64,000 bases of DNA from an uncultured Prevotella sp. (GTDB lineage Bacteria > Bacteroidota > Bacteroidia > Bacteroidales > Bacteroidaceae), in NCBI GenBank assembly GCA_900317685.1, contig ONHQ01000007.1:7737-71736 (forward strand), in the 5' to 3' direction. This document shows positions 59,160 through 64,000 of the stretch, piece after piece; the first letter of the stretch is position 1; every line of letters starts with the position of its first letter. Below the pieces are notes generated by a model that made no database searches, was not told the DNA's origin, and worked only from the letters and a program-made list of their open reading frames with translations. The translations under genes were made by a program, and so were the position numbers.

Positions 59160-59802
59160 CTTTTCCCATCTTTTTTTTCGAAAAAACACTATAAAAACGA
59201 TTTTCTTAGGTCAGCAGATCCTTTACACCTTATTAAATAATATATATAGCACCTTTCTTTCATACATAGCTTCATCTCCACTAAGGTTCTTCAATATCTC
59301 CTCAAAGATGCCAGTTTACCACTGAAATCGAGAGAAACCACATACGCAGTTTTGTATTATCAACTATTCAAAAGCTTTTTTATAGATTTTTATAATTACA
59401 AATTCAATTCGTTGGAGCTTATAAGTTGGAGGCCTACTACTTACGATTGGTTTATCAATAATTTGAGGATTGTACAATCTCCTACGCATCATTGTGGATC
59501 GATGAGAATAGGAGAATATAAACAGCAAAACAGCTTCTTTTCTAACATTTCTTTTAAATCAGTCGATAGAAGAATTTCTCTCATCTCAAATTCGTGAGAT
59601 AAAAAAGTTTGTCAGAGAGGATTCCTCACGAATAGTTACATCAATTCACACCTAACAACAAACCAAATCGCCTCTTGACCCTTAAATTCTCAAGGATATG
59701 CAGCTGATTCTCAAATTCTTGATAACTTTCAAGAGAACCGTGGCAGATAATTAGTATGAGTGAATTCTACCTACAATCGTAATCGATTATAAACTTAAAA
59801 AT

Positions 59803-59840
59803 AAAAAAGGTTGGACCAGCCTTTCGTACTAATCCAACCT
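59803..59840 (-). terminator. Probable terminator after glgP
   Basis: AGGTTGGA / TCCAACCT stem with a T-run on the minus strand. Confidence 0.7.
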
Positions 59841-59865
59841 ACATTTATAGTTATATTCCTTCGAA

Positions 59866-62427
59866 TTAGTCAAGCCACTTCACGTAGCAGAAGTCCTGAC
59901 GATGGGGCAAGTTGGCGTTCTTCGGATACATACGTACGCAGCAACGGAATGAGCCAGCAATCTCCGGCTCAATAGCGAGCTCAAACGTATAGTTATTGCC
60001 CTCGTGCTTCACCATCTTAAACGGATGCACACTCTGCACCTTACGGTCAGAAGGATCGGTCTCAGGCTTCAGTATGACAAGCTCCAAGCCTACGGCGTTG
60101 TCCAATCCCTGCTCGTCAATGACATAACGGATCTTGTAGCTGACACCTGTCTCGCCGCCATTGTCCAACACGCCATTTTCCTTGCTGACCACATGGATAG
60201 AATCCCAACGCTCAGCAACAGTCTCTTTCCACAATGCAATCTCCTTAGCAAGACGATTGTCGTTGGCAGAAAGCTTCTTGAAGCGAGCGGCCTCCTTGTC
60301 GTAGAACTTGCTATAGTAGTCATCGAGCTGACGCTTCATTGTATAATGAGGAGCGATTGTGGCGATAGAGTTTTTGATGACCTTGATCCAATCCGCACTG
60401 AATCCTTCCTTGTTCTTGTTATAATACATCGGGATGATCTCATTCTCAAGCAGAGAATAGATCGTGGCAGCATCGAGCTGATCCTGGTAAGCCTGGTTCT
60501 GATAGGTACGCTCCTGAGGCAATGCCCAGCCTGCGCCCTTACGGTAACCTTCAACCCACCATCCATCAAGAACGGAGAGGTTAACGACACCATTCATCTC
60601 GGCTTTCTCACCTGATGTACCAGATGCCTCCAATGGACGCGTCGGCGTATTCATCCAAATATCCACACCGGAGACCAAACGACGGGCAAGACGCATGTCG
60701 TAGTCCTCAAGGAAGATGATCTTACCAAGGAACTCTGGACGCTGGCTGATCTCGTATATCTTCTTGATCAAGCCTTGACCTGCACCATCAGCAGGGTGAG
60801 CCTTACCAGAGAAGAAGAATAAGACAGGACGGTCTGGATTGTTGACGATCTTGTTGAGACGATCCAAATCTGTGAAGAGCAAGTGAGCACGCTTGTAAGT
60901 AGCAAAACGACGGCAGAAGCCAATCATCAAAGCATTCGGGTTAATGCGCTCAAGGAGAGACACCACACGAGCAGGATCGCCCTGGTTGCGAAGCCAGGTC
61001 TGAGTGAACTTCTCACGGATATAGTTGACAAGCTTGTTCTTCAGAGCCAGACGAGTGTTCCAAATCTCTTCATCGGGCACGTTATAGATAGCATGCCAGA
61101 TCTGCTCATTGCTCTGATCGCTCATAAATGTCGGATCGAAGTATTTGTCATAGAGCTCACGCCACTCTGTTGCCGTCCATGTGGGGAAGTGCACTCCATT
61201 GGTGACATAGCCAACGTGATTCTCCTCAGGATAGTAACCAGCCCAAATAGGTGCAAACATCTTCTGGCTTACCCAGCCATGGAGCTTACTCACGCCGTTT
61301 ACTTCCTGGCACGTGTTGCAAGCAAAGATACTCATGCAGAAGCGCTCGTTGTGATCCTCAGGATTCTGACGGCCCATACCGATGAACTCATCCCAAGAGA
61401 TACCCAAACGTGCAGGATAGTCACCCATGTACTTACCGAAGAGGGCCTCATCGAAATAGTCATGCCCAGCCGGAACTGGTGTATGAACAGTATACAGAGA
61501 AGAAGCGCGTACGAGCTCCATAGCCTGGTTGAAGGTCAAACCGCCATCAACATAGTCGACCAAACGCTGGAGATTGCAGAGAGCAGCGTGTCCCTCATTG
61601 CAATGATAGATCTGCTTTTTGATGCCGAGTTTCTTCAGCGTCAGAATACCGCCAATACCCAAAAGGATCTCCTGCTTCAGACGGTTCTCCCAGTCACCAC
61701 CATAGAGAGAGTGTGTGATTGGCTTGTCAAACTCTGAATTCATGTCGTTGTCGGTGTCAAGCAGGTAAAGCTTGATACGACCGACGTTGACACGCCATAC
61801 CAGTGCGTGTACCTGATAGTTGCGATAGGGAACATCAACCACCATCTGATCGCCATTCTCATCCAACTCACGCTCAATAGGCAGCGAGTTAAAGTTCTGA
61901 GCATCGTACTTGGCAATCTGCTGTCCGTCCATCGACAGGGACTGAGTGAAATAGCCATAACGATAGAGGAAGCCAACTGCACACATATCAACATTGGAGT
62001 CAGAAGCTTCCTTCAAATAGTCACCAGCCAGCATACCCAGGCCACCAGAGTAAATCTTCAGCACCTGATTCAAGCCATACTCCATGGAGAAGTAAGCAAC
62101 AGAGGGGCGCTTCTTGTCGGGTTTGACATCGATGTACTCGCGGAATTTCTTGTAGACCTCCTTGACATTGTCCATCAGCACACGATCCTTGACAATGGCC
62201 ATCTTACGGTCATAGCTCAGACGCTCCAAGAGCAGAACTGGGTTGTGATTAACTTCCTCGAAAAGGTCACGGTCAAGTCGCTTGAAAAGGCGACGGGCCT
62301 CATAGTTCCATGCCCACCACATATTGTGAGCTAACTCATCTAAGCACTTCAACTGCTCAGGCAAGCGTGACTTAATGTTGAGCTCCTTCCATTGAGGAGC
62401 ATTAGCATAGTCTGCTTTGATTTTCAT
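59866..62427 (-). CDS. glgP: Alpha-glucan (glycogen) phosphorylase, GT35
   Basis: [25 protein letters not shown] and EASGTSGEK (PLP site) motifs. Confidence 0.96.
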   Translation of the reverse strand: MKIKADYANAPQWKELNIKSRLPEQLKCLDELAHNMWWAWNYEARRLFKRLDRDLFEEVNHNPVLLLERLSYDRKMAIVKDRVLMDNVKEVYKKFREYIDVKPDKKRPSVAYFSMEYGLNQVLKIYSGGLGMLAGDYLKEASDSNVDMCAVGFLYRYGYFTQSLSMDGQQIAKYDAQNFNSLPIERELDENGDQMVVDVPYRNYQVHALVWRVNVGRIKLYLLDTDNDMNSEFDKPITHSLYGGDWENRLKQEILLGIGGILTLKKLGIKKQIYHCNEGHAALCNLQRLVDYVDGGLTFNQAMELVRASSLYTVHTPVPAGHDYFDEALFGKYMGDYPARLGISWDEFIGMGRQNPEDHNERFCMSIFACNTCQEVNGVSKLHGWVSQKMFAPIWAGYYPEENHVGYVTNGVHFPTWTATEWRELYDKYFDPTFMSDQSNEQIWHAIYNVPDEEIWNTRLALKNKLVNYIREKFTQTWLRNQGDPARVVSLLERINPNALMIGFCRRFATYKRAHLLFTDLDRLNKIVNNPDRPVLFFFSGKAHPADGAGQGLIKKIYEISQRPEFLGKIIFLEDYDMRLARRLVSGVDIWMNTPTRPLEASGTSGEKAEMNGVVNLSVLDGWWVEGYRKGAGWALPQERTYQNQAYQDQLDAATIYSLLENEIIPMYYNKNKEGFSADWIKVIKNSIATIAPHYTMKRQLDDYYSKFYDKEAARFKKLSANDNRLAKEIALWKETVAERWDSIHVVSKENGVLDNGGETGVSYKIRYVIDEQGLDNAVGLELVILKPETDPSDRKVQSVHPFKMVKHEGNNYTFELAIEPEIAGSFRCCVRMYPKNANLPHRQDFCYVKWLD

Positions 62428-62576
62428 AACGTTACAATTTTTGTCTAATTCTTAATAATTATCCTTATCCCTTAGCCTCAGCGTTTATTGGCTTTTGGCT
62501 TCTATACCTCTATATCTTGTGTAGCTTTACTTTCTATGATTAATCCTTAATCAGCGTAGTTCTAACAACGAATTCG

Positions 62577-64000
62577 CTATTTGCTCTTTCGCTTCTCTGC
62601 CTTTTTCAACGCAATATCGTAGGCATCTTCATAGTACTTGATAAAATTACTCCAAAGTGCCTTACGGGAAAGGCGCTCCGCATTCATCCGGCTCCTCTTC
62701 ACCTCTTCTGGGCTGAAGGCAGAGAACGCAGCCACTGTATCCTTGATATTGTCGGCCACTTCGGAATAATTATAGTCCGTACGATGGATGACCTTCACAC
62801 CATCTTCTATCTCTCCAGAATGGCCAAGCTCTTTGTTCACCCATAATCCGAAGCCCGACAAATCTGTGGTGATACACGGTACATGGAAGGCTATAGCCTC
62901 CAAAGGTGTATATCCCCAAGGCTCGTAATAGGAAGGGTAGATACAAAGATCATTGCCCAAGACAATATCATAATAACTCAGATTCACGATGCCATCATCG
63001 CCTGTAAGATAGCATGGAAGGAAGATAAGCTTCACACGATCTTCTCTCCGATTCTGCATGTCGAGATATTTAAGCATGCCCAAGACCTGGTCATGGCTCA
63101 TATTATGCAGCCAATGCGTGATCTGTGGCACCTCCAATGGTGTTTCAAAATGTTTGCCACTGGCCAAGCGTTCTTGCAGATCCTTACGCGGCTCCCCTAC
63201 CCAACCAGGTACTTCTATGAAGGCGAGCACGGGACGCTTTAACTTGTCGTCTCGCAGCAAACGGTTCATTGCCTCAATATAGACATCCACACCTTTGTTG
63301 CGGAACTCATAGCGACCACTGGTAGAAACGATCAAGGTATCATCATCAAAATCCTGACCAAGCAAAGCATTGGCTATGGCAAAGGCACGCTTGCGCGCAA
63401 TCTTTCTCTTACGTGTAAATTCCTCTCCTCTTGGTACAAAATCGTTCTCGAAGCCATTAGGCAACACCACGTCTACTGGTTTATCCAGCAGTTCCTTACA
63501 CTCCCTCGCCGTGATATCACTCACCGTGGTGAAACAATCGACATGAAAAGCGGTCTGCTTCTCAATAGAATGCTTGCTCTGCATGTTCAGCTCACCAGCC
63601 ATCTGATCACCATTGTAAGCAAAGAGATAGTCATACAGCGGTTTATTGTTGCCTGCGATACTACGGCCAATGCTTGTAGCATGCGTGGTAAACAATGTAG
63701 CAACTTCTGGAAGATACTTACGGATATAGAGCAAGCCCAATCCTGTCATCCACTCATTGCCATGATAAATGACTTTGTATTGGCTGCCCAAATAAAAGTG
63801 ATAGAAGCTCTCCACTACTTTTGCAGCACCATAAGAAAACATGGATGCTTCGTCATAGTCGCCATAAGCATGCAGACTATCTACCTGGAAGTCTTCCCAC
63901 AGTTGTGTATACAACTCATTCTTCTGTGCATAGTATTGTGTGAAGTCTACAAGGATTGCTACCGGATTACCAGGAACAGACCATCTACCGATCTTCAAGA
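62577..64000 (-). CDS. Glycogen/starch synthase, GT3-type; start lies beyond the right window edge
   Basis: FTTHAT, FTTVSDIT, GRYEFRNKG and PSYYEPWGYTPLE motifs. Confidence 0.92.
   Translation of the reverse strand, partial: LKIGRWSVPGNPVAILVDFTQYYAQKNELYTQLWEDFQVDSLHAYGDYDEASMFSYGAAKVVESFYHFYLGSQYKVIYHGNEWMTGLGLLYIRKYLPEVATLFTTHATSIGRSIAGNNKPLYDYLFAYNGDQMAGELNMQSKHSIEKQTAFHVDCFTTVSDITARECKELLDKPVDVVLPNGFENDFVPRGEEFTRKRKIARKRAFAIANALLGQDFDDDTLIVSTSGRYEFRNKGVDVYIEAMNRLLRDDKLKRPVLAFIEVPGWVGEPRKDLQERLASGKHFETPLEVPQITHWLHNMSHDQVLGMLKYLDMQNRREDRVKLIFLPCYLTGDDGIVNLSYYDIVLGNDLCIYPSYYEPWGYTPLEAIAFHVPCITTDLSGFGLWVNKELGHSGEIEDGVKVIHRTDYNYSEVADNIKDTVAAFSAFSPEEVKRSRMNAERLSRKALWSNFIKYYEDAYDIALKKAEKRKSK

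Noticed and set aside
58663-59325. ORFs overlapping the tRNA cluster (extension to 58827, 58896-59189, 59005-59325), and the duplicated tRNA-Gly as attL/attR
   Set aside because: The ORFs are translations of tRNA sequence. Both Gly copies are full-length within one operon and enclose only two Leu tRNAs, with no integrase.
59866-64000. Eukaryote-like GT3 glycogen synthase next to glgP
   Set aside because: This is a regular Bacteroidales arrangement and not novel.

Overview
Chromosomal core-genome window from a Bacteroidales bacterium, most likely Prevotella or a close relative. This rests on gene content, gene order and many TTTG-N~20-TAnnTTTG promoters. Most genes are housekeeping: PBP1A (partial), pyrB-pyrI-glyA, a metal-uptake cluster (HYC_CC_PP-like protein, TonB receptor, HMA protein, DoxX), secA, an lptC/CorC/PpiD envelope cluster, a Phe/Tyr biosynthesis operon, aspS, hisS, purA, a serC-serA-DUF1015 cluster, uvrA, ssb, four tRNAs and glgP with a GT3 glycogen synthase (partial). 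I saw no integrase, transposase, phage gene or CRISPR array. Three features stand out. (1) An unannotated 24-codon Phe/Tyr-rich leader peptide with complete 1:2, 2:3 and 3:4 attenuator hairpins in front of pheA. (2) A plasmid-type Rep_3 replication initiator embedded in a housekeeping operon, with its own promoter and an operator-like inverted repeat but no mobility genes. (3) An orphan origin-like element at about 12.4-12.6 kb, with two inverted blocks of four 8-bp repeats around an almost pure A/T core. Smaller oddities include a dispersed intergenic TACACCTTATTATATATAG-like motif, insertions in SecA and in an ABC ATPase, a secreted YxDxYGHxTG repeat protein coupled to an M15 peptidase, and tRNA-Gly genes with C55 in the T-loop. 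All calls are by eye from the sequence and the ORF track; no database searches were run.
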